64,000 nucleotides of DNA from Rubripirellula sp. (GTDB lineage: Bacteria; Planctomycetota; Planctomycetia; Pirellulales; Pirellulaceae): contig OZ244207.1 of the NCBI GenBank assembly GCA_965216875.1, positions 5,504,001 through 5,568,000 on the forward strand, read 5' to 3'. The translations under genes and the position numbers were made by a program. Below, one piece after another: positions 8,415 to 17,853 of this stretch (positions are counted from its first letter, which is position 1; the number at the start of each line of letters is the position of its first letter). The notes under the pieces were generated by a model. The model saw only the letters and a list, made by a program, of their open reading frames with translations. It made no database searches and had not been told where the DNA came from.

Positions 8415-10181
8415 TTAAGGATTCCAGCCCATGGCGGAGATCAACCAGTCCGTCAGCGAGCTCACAGGAGCCGACGGTTCGGCATAGGACCACATGTTGC
8501 GGACCAGGTCGGTCATCAGCATGCCGCCCATGCAAAGGACAAAGATGATCATCACCAAAGTGATGCATTGCAGGATCGTGAACGGCACTTCGTAGCTGGC
8601 CGCTGCCACACCACCGACGGCTGCGACCGCGGTGTCTTGAACTTGGACGCTATCGTCGCCCATCGACAATGCGTCGCCAACCGAAACGGGTTCACCAGGT
8701 GCTTCTTCAGCAAACCCACCCATGTCGTCGGCAAAGCCACCTTCTTCGAATTCGACCGGTTCAGCGATGGCCGAATCTTCAACTTCAATGACTTGCGAGC
8801 CACTTTCGATGTCGGCTTCGAGACCAACGCCCGACGGTGACAACTGAAACTCTTCGTCAGCTTGGAAGTCGACCATCGACCCGTCGCTTCCAGGCCCACT
8901 CTTTCCACTCGAACCACCTTCACTCAGTTCGGCGCCGAGGTCGAGAGCAGAGATGCTGCTGCCAGCCAAATCGAGTGGCTCACTTTCAAGTGACAAACCA
9001 CTGTCCGACGGACTCATCAAGTTAATGCCGCTGTCACCCGCTACCGAAATGTCGCTGCCAGCGCTACTGATCACCAAGTCATCGTCGTCATCGGCAATCA
9101 CCAAGTCGTCATCATCAGCAAGTGCATCGTCATCTTCGAGCGATGAAAGATCGGATTCGGCGAGTGCGTCCGCACCAATGCTGCTGCCGAGTCCGGAGGA
9201 GGCGAGCAAGCTTTCACTGTCGCCCGAGATCAATCCACTGCCCTCTTGTTCGGCGCTCAAGAGATCCAGTTCGCTAAGGACGTCAGCGCCACGCGAACCA
9301 CCTTGGATGTCACCTGGTTCGTCAAGTGAGTCCATCAGCTCAAGGCTGCTTGCGCCCGCTGCGTTTGCGGCCGAACCGCCGCCAACACCAATGTCGCTTC
9401 CGATCACGTCGAGATCACTCTCGGCCGCACCGATCACTTCTTCGCCACTGTCTTCTTCATCAACGGGACCCGCGAAACTCAAATCGCTTTCGCCCTTGAG
9501 TGGGATGTCGTCGCCAATGTCGACTTGGCTCGTACCGGAACCAGTCCCGCTTCCTGCTTCGGCCAAGACGTCCGATTCCGAAACGGCATCAGGCTCGGCG
9601 GACAGCAGATCCGATTCCGAAACGCCATCCGCTTCGGGAGCCAAGACATCAGGATGTGATTCGGCGATTTCTTTGAGTTCTTCGTCGGTCACCGGGCCAG
9701 TGCTGCCGGCGTTGGGTTCGATCGCCAAATCGAGCTGAGCCGAGTCGTGCATGATTGCAGGATCTTGGAGCTGCAATTCGCCGGAGTCGATTTCGAGTAG
9801 ATCGTCGGCGCTACTTTCGAAATCAAGATCGCTATCACTGGCGACCACGGCGACATCACTTCCTTCGCCTTCCGAAGCCACCAAGTTGACGTCGCTACCA
9901 CTGCCTGGTTGAGAGGGTTCTTCACCAATCCCGAGGTCGCTGCCTTCGTCGCCACCGATGATGTTGCTGCCCGAGGCAGTCATGTCGGTGTCGTTGACCA
10001 AAACACCGCTTCCGCCAGCAGCCAGGTCGTCTTTGAGTCGTTCAATCTCGGAGTCTGGAAACTTCCAGCTCGCTCCGTCCCGGAACCCGCGTACCTGTCC
10101 TTGGCTTCGCAGATCAACCAATTGCTCGGGGCTAATTCCCAGCTGTGCGGCGGCTTCCTCGAGAGAGAGATAATTGGCCAT
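8415..10181 (-). CDS. Excisionase/MerR-like HTH (HTH_17) protein with a long acidic low-complexity linker and a C-terminal TM helix
   Basis: N-terminus YLSLEEAAAQLGIS...GQVRGFRDGASWKF; D/E/S/G-rich middle; hydrophobic C-terminal segment CITLVMIIFVLCMGGMLM. Confidence 0.85.
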   Translation of the reverse strand: MANYLSLEEAAAQLGISPEQLVDLRSQGQVRGFRDGASWKFPDSEIERLKDDLAAGGSGVLVNDTDMTASGSNIIGGDEGSDLGIGEEPSQPGSGSDVNLVASEGEGSDVAVVASDSDLDFESSADDLLEIDSGELQLQDPAIMHDSAQLDLAIEPNAGSTGPVTDEELKEIAESHPDVLAPEADGVSESDLLSAEPDAVSESDVLAEAGSGTGSGTSQVDIGDDIPLKGESDLSFAGPVDEEDSGEEVIGAAESDLDVIGSDIGVGGGSAANAAGASSLELMDSLDEPGDIQGGSRGADVLSELDLLSAEQEGSGLISGDSESLLASSGLGSSIGADALAESDLSSLEDDDALADDDDLVIADDDDDLVISSAGSDISVAGDSGINLMSPSDSGLSLESEPLDLAGSSISALDLGAELSEGGSSGKSGPGSDGSMVDFQADEEFQLSPSGVGLEADIESGSQVIEVEDSAIAEPVEFEEGGFADDMGGFAEEAPGEPVSVGDALSMGDDSVQVQDTAVAAVGGVAAASYEVPFTILQCITLVMIIFVLCMGGMLMTDLVRNMWSYAEPSAPVSSLTDWLISAMGWNP

Positions 10182-10290
10182 TCGTCTATTCGACTCCGAT
10201 CGATCGCGGGTGCGATGGTGGTGAAAAGTGGACGGGGGCTGACAGTCGAAACCGCCAACGCGTCAAGTTTGATTACCCGTCTATACCGCG

Positions 10291-10698
10291 TCACCCCTTC
10301 GGTTTGCCGATTCGTCGAATATCCTCGGGCAAAGGTGAGGTGGCGTTGAGTTGTAGGGAAAAATCAGCGTCGATGGGCCGACTGCTGACCAGCCGGATCT
10401 TGCCCGACCTATCGATATGATACACAGCCATCCAAGAATTTCCGGTATTTACGAGGGTAATTGTCTGAGTTCCTGTGCCGTCCACGTGGGAAAAACCGAT
10501 CATGTCGCCCGCGGCACCTACCTGGCTGGTCGGCTGTGCACGAGCAACGGCGGCGGCTTGAGTGGTCGACCAACGCGGCCCTCCCCCCAGATTGGCCGAA
10601 TCCTCCCCTGAACCCTGCGGGGTCTGGCTGGTTGCAACCGTTGCCGCAACTCCCAACAAAATCGCAGTCAATATGGCCAAATGGGGTCGAATGGACAT
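10291..10698 (-). CDS. Small exported hypothetical protein
   Basis: 135 aa with a signal peptide-like N-terminus; same strand as, and just upstream of, the HTH gene. Confidence 0.7.
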   Translation of the reverse strand: MSIRPHLAILTAILLGVAATVATSQTPQGSGEDSANLGGGPRWSTTQAAAVARAQPTSQVGAAGDMIGFSHVDGTGTQTITLVNTGNSWMAVYHIDRSGKIRLVSSRPIDADFSLQLNATSPLPEDIRRIGKPKG

Positions 10699-10792
10699 CG
10701 CGGCTCCTCCGTATCCGTCCTAACTGAATGAGTGATCTGCAGAGAAGGCGACAATACGCCCAAGCCCGAACCACCAGCAATCCCATTCCAAC

Positions 10793-11285
10793 GTAGGGCG
10801 TATGCTCGCACCACCTCCGCACGGCCTGTCCCCACACGCGAAACCAGGTGAAGCTAGCAAAGAGCAATTAGGGGACAGACACTTTTCCTTTGCCTGTCCC
10901 CTGATGGGTGACAACAGGGAATTTAGCCGTTTAGTGTTCCGTGTTCTCTTGCTTGCATGACGACAGACCGCCTCTCATTGTCTTAGACGCTAGCAACTGG
11001 TGCCTGGCCCCTAACTCGCACTCTATCCCTACCTCCTGTCGCACCGCATTTGCCCACGTAGGGTGCGTGCTTGCACGCACCATCTCCACAGGGTCTGTCC
11101 CCACCCGCGTGGTCTGTCCACACACGCGAAGAAACCACCCGAACCAGAAGCGGCTGAACACTCACCGCCTCTGATCGGCACTCATCAAAGCAAGATGCCC
11201 CTGATCGGCGTAACCCTACAGGTTCCCTTCTCTTCAAACGTGCCTCGCGGGAAGCTAGCAATGAACAAATTGGGGGACAGACACT
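10793..11285. repeat. Repeat field: GGGGACAG/CTGTCCCC motifs plus GTAG REP-like palindromes
   Basis: Octamer motif at 10826, 10871, 10894, 11095 and 11273. GTAGGGTGCGTGCTTGCACGCACCA at 11058-11082, with a degenerate copy at 10793. Confidence 0.8.
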
Positions 11286-14200
11286 ATTCTTCCGTCGTCG
11301 GTAGCATGACGAGGTAGTTGTGGAAGAGGGCCGCTCGCTCTCCGTGCTCGTTTTCGGCAATCACGAGGGCATTCTGTTCGAGCGGGATTCTGTCGGTTTT
11401 GATTCCGAGCGCCACCTCCAGGACAGATCGCTGCTTGTTTGCCCAAGCTTGGATCTCGGGCTGCTTCTCTTGCCAGAACTTGGGGATCAGTTCGTCCTTT
11501 GGTGATGTTCGAGCTGCAGCTTTCAAGATTTGTCTGCGCAGTCGATTCTCCTGGTCGCGCAGGTCGATCTCGAAGGTGCCGTCCTTGGAGGTTTCGCGCA
11601 CGATGGGAGATCTTCCGAATCCGTCGCTAATGATCAGCGTGTACTTGGTGGCACCAGCACATTCGTACTTGACGGCTTGAGTTTCGTCTTGCGCCATGGT
11701 GAAGGTTGATTGTCGCGGTTTGAAAGCCAGACGTGGTGGCAGTGTTTGTGATTCGAACCATTCCCGTTTCAGCCTGTAGATTTTCTTGCCGAAATTGATC
11801 CACACGCACCCTGCAGAAACGGAGACGCGGACCGCAGGATACTTTCGCGTAATGCGTGTCTCCGGATCCAGAACCACAGTGATGGTCCGACTGTCTTTGC
11901 GAAACGGAACAAACCGCAATTCCACACGCGTCAGCCCTAGGCGCGTTGCCTCCAGCTTGACGAGGTAGACTCCCTTTTCCACGCCGCGAAGTGGCGAGCC
12001 GATCAGGTTGCCATTTCCAAACTCGAACCGATCGTCTTTCAACGGAACGGTCACGTGGCACCCTTCGTTGGAAAGCAGCAAGAACTCACCGCCGAAGTAG
12101 GTCTGGTAGTGGTAGGTGACGTTGGAACGGTTGGCTGAATCTGAAAAATTGACCAACAGGCTTGGCTTGCTTGGGGCACCAGTCCACAAGACACCGCGGC
12201 GGTAGCGATTGATCGTTCCGTCTTTTCCCCAGTGGCACGAATTGTGGCCAGAGTCGAGTGGTGTAAGAGGCTCGCCGGTGATCTTTGAAAGCTGTATCAG
12301 CATCTCGTCGGGGATGCTGCGAAGCCCGCCTCTGATTAGAGGCATCTGCTTGCTTGCCTCACCACGTGTGCCGCCAAACTTGTTAACCGTAATCTTCGAC
12401 GCAAGCTTGGGATCACGTCGTTCTTGGTGTGGAATGGATGAGAGAAAACCCAACATGTCGCTACAGCAAACCACGTCGTACAGCATCCCGTCAAATGGCA
12501 AGTATCTTGGCGTCGAGTTGTCATCGTTCATCAGAAACGTCGGTGCAGGATCCCGATGAGCCGTCCACGCCAGTACCTTGCTGGACCGAGTGGTTGCGGC
12601 AACTTCCGTCGCCGGAAGAGGCAAAACGTAAGTTTTGAATCGAACGTTCAGTTGAGTCGATAACGTCTCGAGACCCCAGCTCGTCTTGGTGTCCCATTCC
12701 AGCTTGTGATCCCCCGCGTCCTCAAGTTCGGGCGTCCAAGAGAAGGTTGGGTTGCCCTTTGTGATGATCTCCTGCGTGATATCTCGCCCATCCATTCGAA
12801 CGGACTGCACCGCGTGTTCCTTGGAAAGAGGCAGGCTGATCGGCTGCTCCACTCTGGCGAACATCTGCAAAGGTGGCCTCGAGAGGACGGGCGCAGCAAT
12901 CTGATTGAGATCAAACACGAAAATCTCGGTGTCGCTGACCAAGACGGTGAGCTTTCGGTGGCGATCCTCGAAGATCCATCCCGGTCGCCGATGCTTGTAG
13001 TTGGTTTTAGGGAAAGTAAACCTGGGATCCTCTCGCTCACTTCCCCAGAGTGCGTTTTGCACCTCCGGTAACCCTTCAATCTCCTTCATGCCTCGCCACG
13101 GTGTTCCACTTTCCGACACGGTTGCTGTTCGGTCAAAGTCCCTTGTGCTGCGAATGAGTTTCTTTGAGGCTGCAAAGGTCTGCTGCGAAATCGGTTCGGC
13201 CACCAGGACCTGGCCACCCGAGTTGGATTGGATTCCCACCATGTCTTTGGTTAGAAAGACGCCGAGCCGACCTTCGTCGATGACCGACCATAGATCCTGG
13301 ACCAGCGGAACGGGAACTGGGGATCGAAGCACGTTGTCGTTAAAGACGTTGGCCGCTTCGGGGTCCTTCCAAAGGCTATACGTAGGGCCGTCGCCGTGAA
13401 GCCGCGCCCAGACAGCCATTTGTGGAAGTTCCCTACGTCGCTGAGCATCTTGTTCCTTAGTCGCAGCTGGCTGTGGAAAGGGCTCGTCATCGTCCACGAG
13501 GTAGGCGCCCATTGGGTCTGATCTCCAAATCGGCAGTTCACCTAGCTTCGCATACAGCCCTGGGTCGCTAACGGTCGTTGGCTTCAGGGTGTCGATTTCG
13601 ACTTGATAGAACTCGTCCTTCCAGCGCGCGAGCAAGAAACGGTCGCCTGGATCTTCAGTGGAAGCGATCTCCCTGATTTCATCGCTTGTCTCGTCCCGAA
13701 TCCCTGACGTAAAAAGCGTTGGGCCGAGCTGCCGCTTGGTTGCCCAATCAAACAGAGCAAGTCCGTCATCTTGCCAAGTTGCCACGATCAAGTCTTCACC
13801 CAATCGTTTGAGCGCAACGCGATGGGGGTGCTGATCCGAATCCCACTTCAAAGCTGGCAGTTTTTTGGATGCCCGCAGTTGCTTGAAATCGTAGCCCGCC
13901 AAACCGCCTTCTTTTTGGGCGATGACAAGCAGACCGCTCAGAGGATCGTAGTCGGCATCGGCAACGGTCCCATTGATTCGAAACCGTGAAACACTTTGGT
14001 GGTTCGTGGGAATCTCAACCAGAAGGCTCTCGTCGTTCCAAGCCGTCAAAAGATCTTGATAGACGCTTGCATACTGTCGATCTGCTGGTCCAATCGGTGG
14101 CAGAGGGATCGGTTGGTTGTTGATGCCCGCGAGTTTGCGAAGCCACGTAATCGCTTTCGGGATTGCCAAGTCGACCACCTTGAAGTGATCGGCGGATACT

Positions 14201-15063
14201 CGATCGAAACGTGACGGTTCGCCATTCTGGGCAATAAGCTCTGCCGAAAACTTTTCGTTGTCGGTATAGCGAACAATTTTGTCTGTTGTGCCTTGGACGA
14301 CAAAAGTGGGGCACCGTATCTGATCCTGGTGCTCGGTCGGCATGAACAGCCGCTGAGACTGTTGGTATCGAAAAGGCATGATCCTGGCCAACTCTTTGAG
14401 TTGTTGTGGATCAAACCTAACCGAGGGCGCAAATACGGCGCAGCCTTGCAATCGTGGCTCGAACGCGGACCACAGCAGCGCTTGCCGACCCGCCGAACTG
14501 TGTCCGACGGTGTAAAGACGCTGGGGGTCCACGTGAGGGACTTTGGCGATCGCAAACTCCATCGCGTTCCGCGCGTTAACTAGTCCGGCTTGTGACGCTT
14601 CATATTCGCCGAAGGCATTTCGAGCCTCACGCTTGGTAGCGCTCTGAATGTTCACATCACCGTCGAGCTCATAAGCAACCACGATGAAGCCAGCCATCGC
14701 ATAGGGAAGACATTCACGCAGATCACCTGGCCCGAGTCGTTTCCCCGTGAAGTCCGTTGCACCGGCCGGAGCGATGAAGACGGTCGGCGTCGGCACAGTA
14801 GGCGGCGGTTCGGAGGTGTAGATTTTGATGGTGTCGTTGTGACCGGGATGGTCTTGGTCGACGCCTAGATCGACAACGTATTCGCGCACGCCCGCGATTG
14901 TCCTCGACCTGTCCGGAAGCTCAGGAAACGAAGTCAAGCATCGAGAGGTGAGATCGAAGTCGATTCCAGTCCGTTGGAACGATAAGAAAACGTAGAGAAG
15001 GACGCCGGTAAAGACGCTAAGAAAAACCAGCCCCAACCCGCCAAGCAGGTATCGAAGTTTCAT
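11284..15063 (-). CDS. Large membrane-anchored alpha/beta hydrolase (S9 peptidase/dienelactone hydrolase-like) with a long uncharacterised C-terminal region
   Basis: N-terminal hydrophobic anchor; nucleophile elbow GHSSAG; GTTDKIV (Asp) and SADH (His). An Ig/cadherin-like FSWTP...DAGDH segment lies further downstream. Confidence 0.75.
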   Translation of the reverse strand: MKLRYLLGGLGLVFLSVFTGVLLYVFLSFQRTGIDFDLTSRCLTSFPELPDRSRTIAGVREYVVDLGVDQDHPGHNDTIKIYTSEPPPTVPTPTVFIAPAGATDFTGKRLGPGDLRECLPYAMAGFIVVAYELDGDVNIQSATKREARNAFGEYEASQAGLVNARNAMEFAIAKVPHVDPQRLYTVGHSSAGRQALLWSAFEPRLQGCAVFAPSVRFDPQQLKELARIMPFRYQQSQRLFMPTEHQDQIRCPTFVVQGTTDKIVRYTDNEKFSAELIAQNGEPSRFDRVSADHFKVVDLAIPKAITWLRKLAGINNQPIPLPPIGPADRQYASVYQDLLTAWNDESLLVEIPTNHQSVSRFRINGTVADADYDPLSGLLVIAQKEGGLAGYDFKQLRASKKLPALKWDSDQHPHRVALKRLGEDLIVATWQDDGLALFDWATKRQLGPTLFTSGIRDETSDEIREIASTEDPGDRFLLARWKDEFYQVEIDTLKPTTVSDPGLYAKLGELPIWRSDPMGAYLVDDDEPFPQPAATKEQDAQRRRELPQMAVWARLHGDGPTYSLWKDPEAANVFNDNVLRSPVPVPLVQDLWSVIDEGRLGVFLTKDMVGIQSNSGGQVLVAEPISQQTFAASKKLIRSTRDFDRTATVSESGTPWRGMKEIEGLPEVQNALWGSEREDPRFTFPKTNYKHRRPGWIFEDRHRKLTVLVSDTEIFVFDLNQIAAPVLSRPPLQMFARVEQPISLPLSKEHAVQSVRMDGRDITQEIITKGNPTFSWTPELEDAGDHKLEWDTKTSWGLETLSTQLNVRFKTYVLPLPATEVAATTRSSKVLAWTAHRDPAPTFLMNDDNSTPRYLPFDGMLYDVVCCSDMLGFLSSIPHQERRDPKLASKITVNKFGGTRGEASKQMPLIRGGLRSIPDEMLIQLSKITGEPLTPLDSGHNSCHWGKDGTINRYRRGVLWTGAPSKPSLLVNFSDSANRSNVTYHYQTYFGGEFLLLSNEGCHVTVPLKDDRFEFGNGNLIGSPLRGVEKGVYLVKLEATRLGLTRVELRFVPFRKDSRTITVVLDPETRITRKYPAVRVSVSAGCVWINFGKKIYRLKREWFESQTLPPRLAFKPRQSTFTMAQDETQAVKYECAGATKYTLIISDGFGRSPIVRETSKDGTFEIDLRDQENRLRRQILKAAARTSPKDELIPKFWQEKQPEIQAWANKQRSVLEVALGIKTDRIPLEQNALVIAENEHGERAALFHNYLVMLPTTEE

Positions 15064-15210
15064 CTTGGAAAAGTGTTTGCCTTAGGTGAGTGATAAGAAG
15101 ACGAAATCATAACACCAACGGAGACTGCTCGATGGAGCCAGACTGCATTCCAAGTAGCGGGGAAGCGGATAAAGAGTTGCTCGGTGAGAGACCACCTCAT
15201 TGCTCTTACA

Positions 15211-16052
15211 AGAGAGCTGCTCGGGGACAGACCACCTCTCCTTTTCCCTGCTGACGGCTTCGTAGTCCCAAATCCTCTCTCTACTCATTAGTGTCGATCA
15301 GCGCCGATGAGTGTTCCCTTCCCCTTACTTTCATGACTGGGAGCAATAGAGCTGCTCGGGGACAGAGCTGCTCGAGAGAGCTGCTCGGGGACAGACCACC
15401 TCTCCTTTTCCCTGCTGACGGCTTCGTAGTCCCAAATCCTCTCTCTACGCATTAGTGTCGATCAGCGCCGATGAGTGTTCCCTTCCCCTTGCTTTCATGA
15501 CTGGGAGCGATAGGCGTTTATTGCTCAGTCCCCAGGTTGCTCTTCGTAGGGTGTGTGCTTGCACGCACCAACTCCCTTGCTTGCATGACTTGGACTTTTG
15601 GCGTTTAGTGCTATGTCCCCGAAGAAGGGTCCTTAGTGCTATGACCCCGAAGAAGGGTCCTTTGCTAGCCAAGAAGCCATCCGGGACCACCTTCATTTTC
15701 CCCGCTGACGGCTTCGTAGTCCCAAATCCTCTCCCACGCATTAGTGTCGATCAGCGCCGATTAGTGTTCCCTTTTCCTTTGCCAGCATGACGGGGAAATC
15801 AGGCGTTTTGTGCTCAAGGCGTTTTGTGCTCTGGCCCCGGGGGGCGCCGGAGTCGGCTCAACCGGCTCATGCTCTGTCCCCAGGTTGTTGATTGCTAGCC
15901 ATCGGTGCCTGTCCCCTGTCGAGCGAGCAATCGGGGACAGACCACCTTGGGGTTGTCCTTCAAATGCTTGCAATCGCCAACCACCATTGTGGTGCGTGCA
16001 AGCACACCCTACGTGCTACGTCTGTAGTTGCTAGCCAAAGGTGCCTGTCCCC
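15211..16052. repeat. Repeat field: ~134-bp direct repeats, short tandem duplications, GGGGACAG motifs and GTAG REPs
   Basis: Near-identical copies at 15211-15344 and 15375-15508, with a third diverged copy at ~15685-15790. A 28-mer tandem at 15605-15660 and a 16-mer tandem at 15801-15832. REPs at 15546-15570 and, inverted, 15990-16012. Confidence 0.9.
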
Positions 16053-16200
16053 TTTTGAGCGGGTGGTTCGTGGGGCGGGGCACGCTCGTGGGAATTCTTG
16101 ACGATTGGGTGAAGTCGCCACGTTGTATCGGTCGATTCGATTGTACGGCGCCGCCTCTACGGCTCGCCTGCGCGAATGGGTGAAATGCTAGCTACTTGAT

Positions 16201-17853
16201 TTGCTGGCTCCCGGGCGCGCCCGATCACAACTCTCCCAACCTAAGGCATCGACCGTGAGCATCGATTGGAATGACGCGATGGGCGATTCGCAAGCAGCGA
16301 ACCAACCCGAACGGATTTCAAAAGACTCCCTTGGCACTGGCGGATTCCTTTCCGCCTCTGCTGGCGTCACGCTGACCATCCTGTTCTACACAGCGGTCTA
16401 CTTCATCCCTTGGGCACCCCTGCAACGCTACTTCCTTGGTCACCCAGTCGCGATCGCCGCGACCGGACTCTTCTTCATCGCTCTTTCCGTTTTGGTCAGT
16501 AAGCGACTCGCCATTCTCGACCAGCAAAGTCGGCTGGCGACGCTTCATGACGAAGCCCTTCGCCCTAACCACGACGCTGAAACCCCCGCATCCAAGTGGC
16601 TTTCGGAAAACGACGCTGGCCATGTCGCTCGTCGCTGGTTGCTCGACCTCGGCAAGCTGCCGAGCGCAACGCGTAATTCTCGGCTCGTACAACGACTCGA
16701 GGAATTGCTCCATCGCCAATCGCAACGGGGCACTGCCAAGCACCTGGCAGACGACTTGCGAGAACTCTCCGGGCGCGACCTCGATGCTGCTCACGACTCG
16801 CTTGGCCTTGTGCGAATCATCGTCTGGGCGATTCCGATGCTTGGCTTCCTCGGGACAGTGATCGGTATCACTCAAACCCTTGGCGGCCTCGACTTTTCAA
16901 ACGGAACAGCCGCCGTCGACAACTTGAAAAGTGGTCTCTACGTTGCGTTCGACACGACCGCCCTTGGCTTGGTCTTGTCCGTGGTCGCCATCTTCCTGCA
17001 GTTCCCTGTCGAACGCAGTGAACAACGCCTGCTCGCGCAAATCGACACGCGAGTCGGCAACCTGGCGTCCAGTTGCTTGCCGAGCGATGAAGCGTCGGAC
17101 AACCAAACCGTCCTGATCGCTGACCTTTGCAAAGGTGTCCAAGCGGCGGTCGCCGAGTCGCTTGATAACCAAACACGCTTGTGGAAAGAGACGATCGATG
17201 CCGCCCAGCAACAGTGGCAATCGGCTCACGACCACAATACCAATCGCTTGGCCGAAGCGTTTGAACTCACACTCGTGCCCGCCCTGATGGAGCATTCTGA
17301 TGCGCTGGCCGACTCGTCAAAGCAAGCCGCAAACCAGCTTTCGATTGAGAGTGAAAAGTGGCAAGCGATGATGAATGATGCCTGCGAGAAACTTGAAGCT
17401 GCCAATCACGCTGTTGCGGATCGACTGGCCGAGAATCTCGACTCGGCGCTCAAACCAATGCTTGCTGATCACGCGGAAGCCATCGGCACGAGTTCAAGTG
17501 ATGCCGCCGGGCGTCTGGAAAAGACGTGGGATCAATGGCTCGAGTCGATTGACTATCACTCGGGTGCTCTGGTCTCGCAACAACAAACGTTGACGCGTCA
17601 GTTCGAGGCTCTGACCGAAACACATGATCGCGCCGACAGCATCATTGCACTGAACAGTCGCATTGATGAAAACCTCACCAAGTTGGATGAGACAAATCAG
17701 GCGATCGACGAAAGCGTCAAAAGCGCCGCTGGTGACGGCATGGCTGATGCAATGCGTATCCTCGCCCGAGCCGTTGATGTCTTGTCGGCCCGCTTGGCCG
17801 AATCGTCTGAGACAGCATCGGTGGACGCGACCCAAGCAAGGAAAGCTGCATGA
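16201..17853 (+). CDS. MotA/TolQ/ExbB proton-channel protein with a long C-terminal helical tail (start may be ~16255-16279)
   Basis: Motifs IPMLGFLGTVIGIT and LYVAFDTTALGL, followed by ~270 aa of Ala/Gln/Glu-rich helical sequence. Confidence 0.88.
   Translation: MLAPGRARSQLSQPKASTVSIDWNDAMGDSQAANQPERISKDSLGTGGFLSASAGVTLTILFYTAVYFIPWAPLQRYFLGHPVAIAATGLFFIALSVLVSKRLAILDQQSRLATLHDEALRPNHDAETPASKWLSENDAGHVARRWLLDLGKLPSATRNSRLVQRLEELLHRQSQRGTAKHLADDLRELSGRDLDAAHDSLGLVRIIVWAIPMLGFLGTVIGITQTLGGLDFSNGTAAVDNLKSGLYVAFDTTALGLVLSVVAIFLQFPVERSEQRLLAQIDTRVGNLASSCLPSDEASDNQTVLIADLCKGVQAAVAESLDNQTRLWKETIDAAQQQWQSAHDHNTNRLAEAFELTLVPALMEHSDALADSSKQAANQLSIESEKWQAMMNDACEKLEAANHAVADRLAENLDSALKPMLADHAEAIGTSSSDAAGRLEKTWDQWLESIDYHSGALVSQQQTLTRQFEALTETHDRADSIIALNSRIDENLTKLDETNQAIDESVKSAAGDGMADAMRILARAVDVLSARLAESSETASVDATQARKAA

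Noticed and set aside
8415..10181. Excisionase of a mobile element
   Set aside because: The HTH is fused to a long linker and a TM, and there is no recombinase nearby.
15211..15838. CRISPR array
   Set aside because: Repeat units are ~134 bp or directly tandem, there are no unique equal-length spacers, and no cas genes are present.
15490..15838. Integron attC sites (GGCGTT motifs)
   Set aside because: They do not match the RYYYAAC...GTTRRRY architecture, and there is no integron integrase.
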